23,352 nt of DNA, from NCBI GenBank assembly GCA_021786105.1, contig JAJYNW010000017.1:1-23352 (forward strand), read 5' to 3'. Positions 1 through 8,632 of this stretch are shown here, piece after piece. The stretch comes from a bacterium. Its GTDB lineage: Bacteria > Patescibacteriota > Microgenomatia > Daviesbacterales > UBA10151. The position numbers and the translations under genes are program-made. The stretch's first letter is position 1; the number at the start of each line of letters is the position of its first letter. The notes below the pieces were generated by a model that was given only the letters and a program-made list of their open reading frames with translations, did not search any database and had not been told where the DNA came from.

Positions 1-34
1 TTTAAAGGGAGGCTATGATGGCTTTTGCTTTAAG

Positions 35-172
35 ATGGCATACGATAAGGATGATTATGAAAAGAAAGAATATTACGGTAAACGGCCGTTATGGCAATGG
101 ATCGTTATTTACTTAATAATCGGAGCGGTTATTTACGGATTAATTTATTTTTTGATTCTGGCTCCCCGTTAA
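35..172 (+). CDS. Small single-pass membrane protein (45 aa, MAYDKDDYEKKEYYGKRPLWQWIVIYLIIGAVIYGLIYFLILAPR)
   Basis: Hand-translated ATG35..TAA172; charged N-terminus then one hydrophobic helix. Not in the ORF track. The frame is open back to the window edge, so the true start could be upstream. Confidence 0.65.
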   Translation: MAYDKDDYEKKEYYGKRPLWQWIVIYLIIGAVIYGLIYFLILAPR

Positions 173-185
173 TTAGTTAAAAAGA

Positions 186-1257
186 TGTCTAGGATCCGAT
201 ACATTCCGTACACTTAGGACATTTAATTGAACGGCAGATATAATGGCTGCTACATGCGAGCCTTTAAAATACTTCCGGTAGAGATTAAGGTGAAAGATTT
301 CAATCTATCCAAGAAAGCTTTAAAAAGGCTGGAATGGATGGATTGGTATTTTGCTCATGGTAAAAATGCCAGGTTAACTGTAGACATTTTGGAATATCAC
401 CAGATACCTTCTACCTCTGGAAAAGGAAATTTAGTCCGTATAACCTGGCTACACTGGAGTTTAATACCAAACTATGTACTCCTCATAGATTAAGGGAGAT
501 GACTACAGATCCTAAAGTATTGAAGAAAATCTATGACATTAGGTTAAATGACTTAACCAAATCCAAGTATGAAGTTGAGGAAGAGTTAAAAAGAGCTGGT
601 ATTAAAGTCTCTTCTAAAGTAATCCAAAAAGTCATTAACAGACATATTGAACTGCAAAATACAGAGCATATTAAAAAGATTAACAAGTCCAGAAATTACA
701 AAATAGCCAGAATCAAGGCTGCCATTGGGTTAAAAGAGAAAGATTTAGGTTCACTGGTTCAGATTGATACCAAGCATTTGTATATATTAGGACAAAGATT
801 TTACATCTATGTAGCTATTGATTGTAAATCCAGATTAGGATTTGTCTATGCATACAAATCATGTAATTCCACTAATGCAGCAAACTTTTTGTTAAAAGTG
901 ATTGATTACTTTCCCTTTAATATTTCTGCTATCAACACTGATAATGGACCAGAGTATTTACTTAAATTCCATGAACTAACAGAGAAGTTAAGTATCCCTC
1001 ATTACTTTACCCATCCTCATACCCCTAAAATGAACTCTAGAGCAGAGAGGTTAATCAAAACACTGGAATATGAATTTCTTCATTACAGGGACTTGTTGCC
1101 TGAGCTTGAGGAGGTTAGAAGGCTTTGTGATGAATTTAATGACCATTACAACAATCACAGGTTTCATCAAGCCATCCACTACCAAACCCCACAAGAGTAT
1201 GTTACAAGTTATCTACACCAGAAAGGAGTGGTGTACGGTATCTAGGGTTCCAGTACA
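186..1257 (+). mobile_element. IS481-family-like insertion sequence, 1072 bp, with imperfect terminal inverted repeats and 5-bp target duplication
   Basis: Ends 5'-TGT...ACA-3'. Left end TGTCTAGGATCCGATACATTCCGTACAC versus reverse complement of right end TGTACTGGAACCCTAGATACCGTACAC. AAAGA flanks both sides (181-185, 1258-1262). Encloses an HTH plus DDE/rve transposase. Confidence 0.9.
254..1245 (+). pseudogene. IS481-like DDE transposase split by a 1-nt frameshift near 377-381
   Basis: Frame from ATG254 reads ...HGKNARLT. The -1 frame continues CRHFGISPDTFYLWKRKF...HRLREMTTDP (HTH) into ORF 499..1245, which has QIDTK, NTDNGPEY and AERLIKT (DDE triad). Confidence 0.85.
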
Positions 1258-1262
1258 AAAGA

Positions 1263-1291
1263 TTGATTTAATAAATATTTTTTGTTATACT
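1263..1291 (+). promoter_or_regulatory. Sigma70-type promoter for the 1305 gene
   Basis: TTGATT-17 nt-TATACT with extended -10 TG; starts immediately after the right target duplication of the IS. Confidence 0.6.
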
Positions 1292-1304
1292 CCGCTCACT
1301 TCAT

Positions 1305-1526
1305 ATGAGTAACCCTTGTATTAATTGCGGTAAGGAAAGGGTAGACGGTAAAACTTGGGAGGAAAAAATTGGCGCAACGGTAGTAATTCATACTCAAACT
1401 GTTTGCCCGGATTCCGAGTGTCAGAAATTGGTTGATAAGGCTATTGCTGAAAGAAAATCCAAAACTGCCTCCTTGCTTAAAGCAAAAGCAGCAGCTAAAG
1501 CCAAAGCAAAATTACTTGCGACTTAA
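1305..1526 (+). CDS. Small Cys-rich (zinc-ribbon-like) hypothetical protein with Lys/Ala-rich tail
   Basis: CxxC (CINC) and CPxxxC (CPDSEC) pairs; basic KAKAAAKAKAK tail; upstream promoter. Confidence 0.75.
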   Translation: MSNPCINCGKERVDGKTWEEKIGATVVIHTQTVCPDSECQKLVDKAIAERKSKTASLLKAKAAAKAKAKLLAT

Positions 1527-1973
1527 ATTATCTATTTTTTCTAAGATTTTGGAGATTGACTGTTGTTGATTTTCCAAATGGAGCAAAATTGTCTCAACTT
1601 CCTTTTCAGCTTTAATATTGACTTGATACTCATGTCCGGCCCGAAGCTCGGCGTGACGGCCTTGTAAGTTTTGTCCTACCATAATCAAAGGCATAAATAA
1701 AATCTGCAGGATATTATTGATAAAAAGCAAGATTAAAAAGCTAAAAGCCGGATCAAACACTAAGTCTTTAGGGGCCCAGGTATTCCAGGCAATCCAGCTA
1801 AGATTAAAGGCCAAAATAAAGAAGAAAAACCCCATGCTGCCAATTTTCTCCGTCACAAATAAAGCTAATTTATCCAGGGTGGTTAATTGATTGTGATGTA
1901 TAATATTGATGTTTTTAATGGGGCTGAAGCTTTCCCTGAGTTCTTTGATGGTAGCGATCTTTGGATTGTCCAT
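1512..1973 (-). CDS. DUF1003-family membrane protein
   Basis: GSMGFF...W..WN...FDP.F..L.L....Q....P.IM.GQN.Q pattern typical of DUF1003. Start moved to MDNPK (1973) because a TGn-TACACT -10 box lies at 1981-1989 and the longer ORF overlaps the divergent gene. Confidence 0.8.
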   Translation of the reverse strand: MDNPKIATIKELRESFSPIKNINIIHHNQLTTLDKLALFVTEKIGSMGFFFFILAFNLSWIAWNTWAPKDLVFDPAFSFLILLFINNILQILFMPLIMVGQNLQGRHAELRAGHEYQVNIKAEKEVETILLHLENQQQSISKILEKIDNLSRK

Positions 1974-2013
1974 GATTAAAAGTGTATCATAACTTCGGTG
2001 TAATTCCATAAAT

Positions 2014-2499
2014 ATGGCAGAGATTCTATCGGTAAGCAAAATTGTTAAAGTTTGTCAAAACGCTAAAAAAACGGGTAAGGCTGTAGTGTTGGCAGGCGGA
2101 TGTTTTGACATTTTGCACCCGGGGCATACCGTTTTTTTGGAGAAGGCCAAACAGGTCGGGGATATGCTGATAGTTTTTTTGGAAAGTGATCAAAAAGTTA
2201 AACAATTAAAAGGTTCTGACCGGCCTGTTCACACTCAAAAGGAGCGGGCCCAAGTTTTATCCGCTCTGGGTACAGTTGATTTTGTGGTGATGTTGCCTTT
2301 TATCAAATCCAATGCTGGTTATGATAAATTGATAAGTCAAATCAAGCCTGATGTGATTGCCATAACTTCAAAAGATGCCGGTAATGTTCATCATCAAAGA
2401 ACGGCTGAATTGGTCGGAGCCAAACTGCAGTTGGTGACTAAGTCTATCGGTAATTATTCCAGCAGTAAGCTGTCCAGCAGTAAGCTGTTGGGCCGTTAA
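2014..2499 (+). CDS. HxGH cytidylyl/adenylyltransferase (RfaE domain II / TagD / RibL-like)
   Basis: GGCFDILHPGH, KGSDRP...ER..VL and C-terminal SSS motifs. Confidence 0.85.
   Translation: MAEILSVSKIVKVCQNAKKTGKAVVLAGGCFDILHPGHTVFLEKAKQVGDMLIVFLESDQKVKQLKGSDRPVHTQKERAQVLSALGTVDFVVMLPFIKSNAGYDKLISQIKPDVIAITSKDAGNVHHQRTAELVGAKLQLVTKSIGNYSSSKLSSSKLLGR
2458..2487 (+). repeat. Perfect 15-bp tandem duplication (TCCAGCAGTAAGCTG x2) encoding SSSKL-SSSKL
   Basis: Directly visible in sequence and translation. Confidence 0.9.
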
Positions 2500-2573
2500 G
2501 TTAAATTAGTGTATAATTAAAATATTGCTTATTTATTAGTCTTGTCTTGTGCCTTTGGAGATTCCATCCTTAA

Positions 2574-3218
2574 ATGAAAGCTAAATTATTCCTGCTGACC
2601 GCAGTTTTTACTGTATTTTTTACCTATTTTTCCTATACGGTGGCCAAAGAACGCTGGCAAAAAATTGATTTTGATACCACGGTTAAACTGCAGGATCATA
2701 TTTCCCGTCGCTTTGACGGTATTTTTTCCTATTTTAGTTTATTAGGTAGCGCTGAGGTGACGGTGGGTTTTTGTATGATTCTGGCGACTTTGGCTTTAAT
2801 CCGGGGTAGGTGGTTGGCAATATTAGGATGGTTAATGATTGTTCCGGCTTCAATGGGAGAGGTGTTTGGTAAACTGGTGGTTTTTCATCCCGGTCCGCCG
2901 CTTTTCTTTCACCGCAGTGTTTTACCCACTAATTTACCTACCTTTTATATCCACACTAATTTTTCCTATCCTTCAGGACACATGACCCGGACAATTTTTA
3001 TTATTACAGTTTTTGTAGTCATATTGGTTTTTTCTTCCAAAAAATCACTCTTTAGGCTTACTGTCTTATCGTCTCTTGTACTGTTGGCTTTTCTGATGGG
3101 ATTAACCCGGGTGTATTTGGGCGAGCATTGGTTATCAGATGTGTTAGGTGGGGGACTTTTGGGGGCGGCAGTAGGATTTCTTGCTTCTGTATTGATTTTG
3201 CGAAAGCAAAAGGTTTAA
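2574..3218 (+). CDS. PAP2-family membrane phosphatase
   Basis: KxxxxxxxP (Arg of the usual RP replaced), SYPSGH and TRVYLGEHWLSDV motifs; multiple hydrophobic helices. Confidence 0.9.
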   Translation: MKAKLFLLTAVFTVFFTYFSYTVAKERWQKIDFDTTVKLQDHISRRFDGIFSYFSLLGSAEVTVGFCMILATLALIRGRWLAILGWLMIVPASMGEVFGKLVVFHPGPPLFFHRSVLPTNLPTFYIHTNFSYPSGHMTRTIFIITVFVVILVFSSKKSLFRLTVLSSLVLLAFLMGLTRVYLGEHWLSDVLGGGLLGAAVGFLASVLILRKQKV

Positions 3219-3250
3219 GATAGAAGCGCTTGCCCAGAGGAGGTGAGTTT

Positions 3251-3484
3251 GTGAGCAGAAATGTTTCAATTGTAGTGATATTGTTGATATTGGTAGTGAT
3301 TGCAGGGTATTTGATATGGCTTAGAAGTCGGGTTCAGTCGTCTATCGCTCCGAGGATAGAACAACAGGTTCAGGTTACACCTACACCTATTGCTACTGCA
3401 ACAGCCAGTCCGTCTGCTACTCCTAAAGAGGCAAGCGGTTCGGTTAAACAAAAGACGGCTACCCCTAGTGTGAGAAGAAGGTAA
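3251..3484 (+). CDS. Small membrane-anchored protein with Thr/Pro/Ala-rich tail
   Basis: Strong SD GGAGGTGA (3239-3246) before GTG3251; N-terminal TM helix then TPTPIATATASPSATP. Confidence 0.7.
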   Translation: MSRNVSIVVILLILVVIAGYLIWLRSRVQSSIAPRIEQQVQVTPTPIATATASPSATPKEASGSVKQKTATPSVRRR

Positions 3485-3505
3485 AAGCTTAATTTTCAAG
3501 CAAAA

Positions 3506-4453
3506 ATGGAAAAAACTGAGAAACTGATCATTATCGGTTCCGGACCGGCCGGTTTGACAGCCGCAATTTATGCTGCCAGAGGCAATTTAAACCCGTTGGT
3601 TATTACCGGTAGTGAGGCAGGCGGACAATTAATGCTAACTACAGATGTGGACGATTTTCCCGGTTTTCCGGAAGGCATTCAGGGGCCGGAGCTGATGGCA
3701 AAAATGCGCAAACAGGCCGAACGGTTTAATGTCCGGTTTGCAAGCGAGAATGTGGTTTCGGTTAACTTTAAAACCAAACCATTGGTTGTTAAAACCGAGA
3801 GCTCCGAATTTAGAACTCAGTCAGTAATTATTGCGACCGGTGCTTCAGCCCGCTGGTTAGGACTGGAGTCAGAACAAAAATTGCGGGGAAAAGGCGTATC
3901 TGCCTGTGCAGTCTGCGACGGTTTTTTCTTCAAGGGTAAAAAAGTGGCCATCGTGGGAGGAGGGGATACGGCTTTACGGGAGGCAAACTATTTGTCTAAA
4001 CTTTGTCAGCAAGTTACCATCATTCATAGAAGAGATGCGCTGCGGGCGCAACCGGCCTTACAAGAATTGGTTAAAAGCAAGCCAAATATTGATTTTATTT
4101 TTAATTCGGTAGTTGAAGAAGTATTGGGCGAAGAGAAAGTGACCGGAGTCAGATTAAAGAATATTCATAATGAAAAAACTAGCGAAATTCAGCTTGAGGG
4201 AGTATTTGTTGCTATTGGACACAAGCCGAATACTGATTTTTTAAAGGGTCAACTGGAGTTGGATGAAAAGGGCTATATAGTTGTTACTCCGGAAGGTCGT
4301 ACTCACATTGCCGGAGTTTTTGTGGCTGGTGATGTATCTGATCATAAATACCGGCAGGCAGTTACTGCAGCCGGGGCCGGTTGTAAAGCTGCCTTTGATG
4401 TGGAGGAATATTTGGAGCACATGCATTTGCCGACCGAAGGAAACGGTGGTTAA
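3506..4453 (+). CDS. trxB: Thioredoxin-disulfide reductase
   Basis: IIGSGPAGLTAAIY, CAVCDG redox motif, VGGGDTA, FVAIGH.PN, AGDV..YRQAVTAAG. Confidence 0.97.
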   Translation: MEKTEKLIIIGSGPAGLTAAIYAARGNLNPLVITGSEAGGQLMLTTDVDDFPGFPEGIQGPELMAKMRKQAERFNVRFASENVVSVNFKTKPLVVKTESSEFRTQSVIIATGASARWLGLESEQKLRGKGVSACAVCDGFFFKGKKVAIVGGGDTALREANYLSKLCQQVTIIHRRDALRAQPALQELVKSKPNIDFIFNSVVEEVLGEEKVTGVRLKNIHNEKTSEIQLEGVFVAIGHKPNTDFLKGQLELDEKGYIVVTPEGRTHIAGVFVAGDVSDHKYRQAVTAAGAGCKAAFDVEEYLEHMHLPTEGNGG

Positions 4454-4515
4454 ATCGATGGGGCTTTGCGAAAAAAATTACTGAAAAACTAAAATTAAGT
4501 TGTTATATTAAAATA

Positions 4516-4941
4516 ATGAATTTTGTTAAATCTTTGATTAAATTACTTCCGGCAAGGCCTGTTTATGCCCATTGTGATATTCCCTGTGGGATATATGATC
4601 CGCATAATGCCCAATTGGCCGCCCAAACTGTGTTAAAGATGGTGCAAAAGATAAATGAGCTACCAACAGAAAACTCAACCGTTGTGGATAGAAATAATTT
4701 TGTCCGAATGGTGATGGTGAAAGAAGAACATGCGGAGATTTGTAAAAGAGAAGTATTGATCCTTTGGACAGATTATTTTAAGAGTGAACATTTGGAAAAA
4801 TTTCCTAATCTGCATGATTTAGTTTGGAAAACTACTAAGTTATGTTCGGATAACAAAAGAGGAGTAGATGAAGAAAAGGCCATGGAGCTTATCAAAGCGG
4901 TAGATGAAATTGCGGATATTTTCAGTCAAACCAAAAAGTGA
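4516..4941 (+). CDS. sodN: Nickel superoxide dismutase precursor
   Basis: Ni-hook HCDIPCGIYDP after an 18-aa propeptide ending VYA; KEEHAE and ILWTDYFK motifs. Confidence 0.95.
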   Translation: MNFVKSLIKLLPARPVYAHCDIPCGIYDPHNAQLAAQTVLKMVQKINELPTENSTVVDRNNFVRMVMVKEEHAEICKREVLILWTDYFKSEHLEKFPNLHDLVWKTTKLCSDNKRGVDEEKAMELIKAVDEIADIFSQTKK

Positions 4942-5231
4942 TTTTCTTTCCCTTTTTCCGTTTTGTTGTTTGTGGTAACAGTATGTTTCCCACTTTAAAA
5001 CCAGGCCATGAGGTATTGGTTTTTAATTGGGCATATCTTTTTTCCCAACCCAAAGTTGGGGATATTGTGGTGATAAGACATAACGGTCGGGAAATGATCA
5101 AGCGCATTCAAAAATATCACGATCGTGATATTTTTGTTTATGGTGATAATGAAGATGGTAGTACTGACAGTAGGGATTTTGGCCCAATTCCCCAGGCAAG
5201 GATTGCGGGGAAAGTTGTCTTTATTGGATAA
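4938..5231 (+). CDS. sodX: NiSOD maturation peptidase (S26-like)
   Basis: GNSMFPTL (Ser), IKRI (Lys), GDN...STDSRDFG; GTGA overlap with the sodN stop. Confidence 0.9.
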   Translation: MIFFPFFRFVVCGNSMFPTLKPGHEVLVFNWAYLFSQPKVGDIVVIRHNGREMIKRIQKYHDRDIFVYGDNEDGSTDSRDFGPIPQARIAGKVVFIG

Positions 5232-5254
5232 AGGGAATGTGAGATAATACGCGT

Positions 5255-5587
5255 ATGAACGAACCTGCTCCAAAAGGAATAATCCAGTCAGCAGATCAAC
5301 CTATGCAGGATTTGCATGCAGAGACAAGTAGTAATTTGCGTCGACTTGGACATCCAGCAACCCAACAATCGGTTAATCCTCATGATCGATCTTCATTAGA
5401 GAATATTCAAGAGGCGTTGGCAGATATAACTAAGGATCAGGCTCGTGTTATTGGAGGTACTATTGAGGAGTATATAGGTGGGGTTACTCCTACTACGCAT
5501 GTTGGTACTACTACAGAAAATGAAACGTCAGTAAAGAAGTTCAAAGAAATGCTGTGGAAGAAATTACAATTAAAAAAAGCAGCATAA
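5255..5587 (+). CDS. Hypothetical protein
   Basis: 110-aa ORF filling the gap; TGn-GATAAT -10 box ends 7 nt before the ATG. Confidence 0.65.
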   Translation: MNEPAPKGIIQSADQPMQDLHAETSSNLRRLGHPATQQSVNPHDRSSLENIQEALADITKDQARVIGGTIEEYIGGVTPTTHVGTTTENETSVKKFKEMLWKKLQLKKAA

Positions 5588-5652
5588 TAGTCATTATTCC
5601 GTGATGGGCAATCCGGTAGAATGACTTCGTTGGCAGATTAAAATAGGAAGGA

Positions 5653-8013
5653 TTGCCCAAAAAAGAAATTATGGAAGTCACGCCAACAACAGGACCAGAT
5701 TTTACCGGATTAATAGTCGGCGCCATTGCCCTTTTGGGGTTGGTCCTTTTGGGTGCTGGGGTGCTTCTATTCTTGAAAAAGTACCTGGTGGGTTGGTTTA
5801 AATACCGGGACCGGGAAAAAGCTTCTTTGCAATATGTACTTTTGCAGGTTAAAGTGCCACGCGGTAACGAAATTAAGATTGATGCTGCTGAACAGCTTTT
5901 TGCCACCTTGGCTTCTTTGCGCAAATCCGGCGGGATGTTTGGGATGTTTACTCCGCAGCCGCACTTGTCTTTTGAGATTGTGGCTTTACACGAATCAATT
6001 AGATTTTTTATCTCAGTTCATAAATCTTTGCAGGATTTAATAGAAAAACAGATTCATGGGGCTTATCCTGATGCCGAGATTAAAGAAGTTCCGGAATACA
6101 ATATTTTTTCCGAAACCGGCCAGACCGCTTATGCCCAATTAAAATTAAAAAGCGCAGATTATTTTCCCATTAAAAGTTTTCGTGATTTACCCACCGATCC
6201 ATTGTCTGCTTTAACTTCAGCTTTAGCCAAAATGCAGCCGGGGGAGGGAGCGGCGATCCAGCTGATGATTTCTCCTTCAGGCGGGCAGTGGAAGGATTTA
6301 GGTAAAAAGTGGTTAAAAAAGCAAAAGGAGCCGGGGGATGAAAAACATCCCAAAGCTCCGCCTGACGCCAAAGAGTTAGAAGCGGTGGAGGGTAAGGTGG
6401 TTAAGGCCGGTTTTGATGCCAGTGTGCGGATTGTTGCTTCCAGTTCCAGTTCTGAATCAGCCAAGGCGCATCTGACCAATATTAAGGCTGCTTTTGAGCA
6501 ATTTTCCGGCCCTTACAATGGTTTTTCCGGGGCTAAAGTTCATTCGGAAAAAGGATTTTTAACTGATTTTATTTATCGTTATATGCCCAGGTATTCCAAG
6601 GTGCCGGTGTTGACGGCAGATGAACTAGCCTCAATTTTTCATTTTCCCAGCAAATCCATAGAAACTCCTTACATCGATTGGTTGTCCTCCAAGCGAGCAC
6701 CGGCTCCGGAAAAAATTCCTACCTCCGGTTTGTATTTGGGCAGGTCAGTGTTTCGGGGAGTAGACCGGCCGGTGTATTTGTCTGAGGATGATCGGCGAAG
6801 ACATATGTATATTATCGGCCGAACCGGTACCGGAAAATCAGAGTTGTTAAAAACCTTAATGTTGCAAGATATCCTGGCTGGCAAGGGTTTGTGTTTTATT
6901 GATCCCCACGGGGATGCGGCAGAAGAGTTACTGCAGCTGATTCCACCGCAACGGGCGGAAGATGTAATTTACTTTGATCCTTCGGATATGACCCGTCCCT
7001 TTGGATTAAATATGCTTGAGGCATATAACGAGGAACAAAAACACTTTGTGGTGGCATCCATTATTGGCTTGATGTATAAGTTGTTTGATCCGAATAAAAC
7101 CGGTATTATTGGTCCCCGGTTTGAGCATGGCGTGAGAAATGCTATGTTAACTGCCATGTCTTCGCCCGGGGCCACCTTTGTGGAGGTGGTTAGGTTGATG
7201 ACTGATGCAGATTTTGTCCGGGAGCTTCTGCCCAAGGTGGCAGATCCGGTGGTCAGGCGCTACTGGACTGACCAGATTGCCCAAACCACTGACTTTCACA
7301 AATCAGAAGTCTTGGATTACACCGTGTCTAAATTCGGCCGCTTTGTTACCAATAAAATGATGAGAAATATTATTGGTCAATCCAAATCTTCATTTGATCT
7401 TCGAAAGGTCATGGATGAGGGCAAGATTTTGATTATGAATCTGTCCAAAGGCCGGATCGGGGAGGAAAACTCTAACTTTTTGGGCTTGATTTTGGTCCCC
7501 AAAATTTTGCAGGCAGCCATGTCGCGTTCTGATATCCCAATGGAACAGCGGCGCGATTTCTATTTATATGTAGATGAGTTTCAAAATTTTGCCACCGATA
7601 CTTTTGCTGATATTTTGTCCGAGGCCAGGAAATATAGATTGAATTTAGTGGTGGCTAACCAGTTTATCGGTCAAATCGGCGAGGATTTAAAAAATGCGGT
7701 CTTTGGCAATGTCGGTACCATTATTGGTTTTCGGGTGGGGGTGACTGATGCCAATTATTTGCAGCATGAGTTTTCGCCGACTTTTTCCGAGGCTGATTTG
7801 GTGAATGTGGAATCACCTCATGCCTATATTAAAACTATTGTTAATGGTGAGCCGGTAGTGCCGTTTTCTTTGGATACCACCAAAGATATGAAGAAGTGGA
7901 AAGATATGTTAAACCCGCAAATTGGTCAAGCTATCAGGGAGTTATCAAGATTAAAGTTTGGCCGGGATATGATTCAAGTGGAAGGGGAGCTGGCTTCAAG
8001 GGCCAGACTTTAG
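5653..8013 (+). CDS. Membrane-anchored VirD4/TraD/HerA-FtsK superfamily ATPase
   Basis: N-terminal TM helix; HMYIIGRTGTGKS Walker A; FIDPHGD; LYVDEFQNF Walker B; SEARKY..NQ. Start may be TTG5653 or ATG5671. Confidence 0.9.
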   Translation: MPKKEIMEVTPTTGPDFTGLIVGAIALLGLVLLGAGVLLFLKKYLVGWFKYRDREKASLQYVLLQVKVPRGNEIKIDAAEQLFATLASLRKSGGMFGMFTPQPHLSFEIVALHESIRFFISVHKSLQDLIEKQIHGAYPDAEIKEVPEYNIFSETGQTAYAQLKLKSADYFPIKSFRDLPTDPLSALTSALAKMQPGEGAAIQLMISPSGGQWKDLGKKWLKKQKEPGDEKHPKAPPDAKELEAVEGKVVKAGFDASVRIVASSSSSESAKAHLTNIKAAFEQFSGPYNGFSGAKVHSEKGFLTDFIYRYMPRYSKVPVLTADELASIFHFPSKSIETPYIDWLSSKRAPAPEKIPTSGLYLGRSVFRGVDRPVYLSEDDRRRHMYIIGRTGTGKSELLKTLMLQDILAGKGLCFIDPHGDAAEELLQLIPPQRAEDVIYFDPSDMTRPFGLNMLEAYNEEQKHFVVASIIGLMYKLFDPNKTGIIGPRFEHGVRNAMLTAMSSPGATFVEVVRLMTDADFVRELLPKVADPVVRRYWTDQIAQTTDFHKSEVLDYTVSKFGRFVTNKMMRNIIGQSKSSFDLRKVMDEGKILIMNLSKGRIGEENSNFLGLILVPKILQAAMSRSDIPMEQRRDFYLYVDEFQNFATDTFADILSEARKYRLNLVVANQFIGQIGEDLKNAVFGNVGTIIGFRVGVTDANYLQHEFSPTFSEADLVNVESPHAYIKTIVNGEPVVPFSLDTTKDMKKWKDMLNPQIGQAIRELSRLKFGRDMIQVEGELASRARL

Positions 8014-8029
8014 TATAATTCTACCGATT

Positions 8030-8102
8030 GGAGCAGTAGCTCAGTTGGTAGAGCGAGTGTCTTATACACACTTGGTCCCTGGTTCGAGTCCAGGCTGCTC
8101 CA
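8030..8102 (+). tRNA. tRNA-Ile, anticodon UAU
   Basis: Cloverleaf: GGAGCAG/CTGCTCC, GCTC/GAGC, AGTGT-CT TAT AC-ACACT, CCTGG-TTCGAGT-CCAGG, discriminator A, no CCA. TATAAT at 8014-8019. Confidence 0.93.
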
Positions 8103-8191
8103 CATTCAAATTTTGATTGGGTGTATTTTCCTTCCGGGTCTACCAAATCCTTGTTGGCTTATTTTGATTAAAGTTTGTTTTAAAGTAGGGA

Positions 8192-8632
8192 CTATTGATT
8201 AAGTAATCTTCTATAGTGGTCCAAAATAATTTTATATCCAGTCATTGTGTTTTCTCTGATCCTTTGTTTTTCTACAAGAGGTCTATCACTTGTTAAACAA
8301 TCTTTAGCCTGAGCAGCTTTTTCTAATAAAACAAGACCGTTAGGGTCAGTACCGGGATCCCAGTCTAAGTATTCTTGGAGCCAACGACCGCGCATTGCTA
8401 CTGGAATATCCTCATATTTGCTTTTAAGGTCTGGAGATACCATTTCGTTTAACATGCGTATATCGTTTCTTGCTCTTTCCATGCCGTCTCGCAGATAGGA
8501 ATGATAAGTTCCCCGAACAGATTTTAGGTATTCTGGTGTTTGGTAAGCACCACCATCTGGTCGTTCTACAAAAGAAACAATCTCGTTGGCTATACGCGAA
8601 AAGCGCTGTTGATTCTCTAAGGAGATGTTCAT
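8192..8632 (-). CDS. Hypothetical protein
   Basis: 146-aa ORF coupled by an ATGA overlap to the upstream recombinase; no recognised motif. Confidence 0.65.
   Translation of the reverse strand: MNISLENQQRFSRIANEIVSFVERPDGGAYQTPEYLKSVRGTYHSYLRDGMERARNDIRMLNEMVSPDLKSKYEDIPVAMRGRWLQEYLDWDPGTDPNGLVLLEKAAQAKDCLTSDRPLVEKQRIRENTMTGYKIILDHYRRLLNQ

Noticed and set aside
2-34. Rhodanese-like LKGGYDGF in frame with the 35..172 ORF
   Set aside because: Only 11 codons are visible at the window edge; cannot be distinguished from chance.
361-390. Programmed -1 frameshift in the transposase
   Set aside because: No X XXY YYZ heptamer or clear stimulatory hairpin in the permitted window (364-381); IS481-type transposases are normally one ORF.
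5598-5660. Fluoride riboswitch (GTGATGG...AATGAC resemblance)
   Set aside because: Stem order and 3' motif do not fit the crcB consensus, and the downstream gene is unrelated to fluoride.
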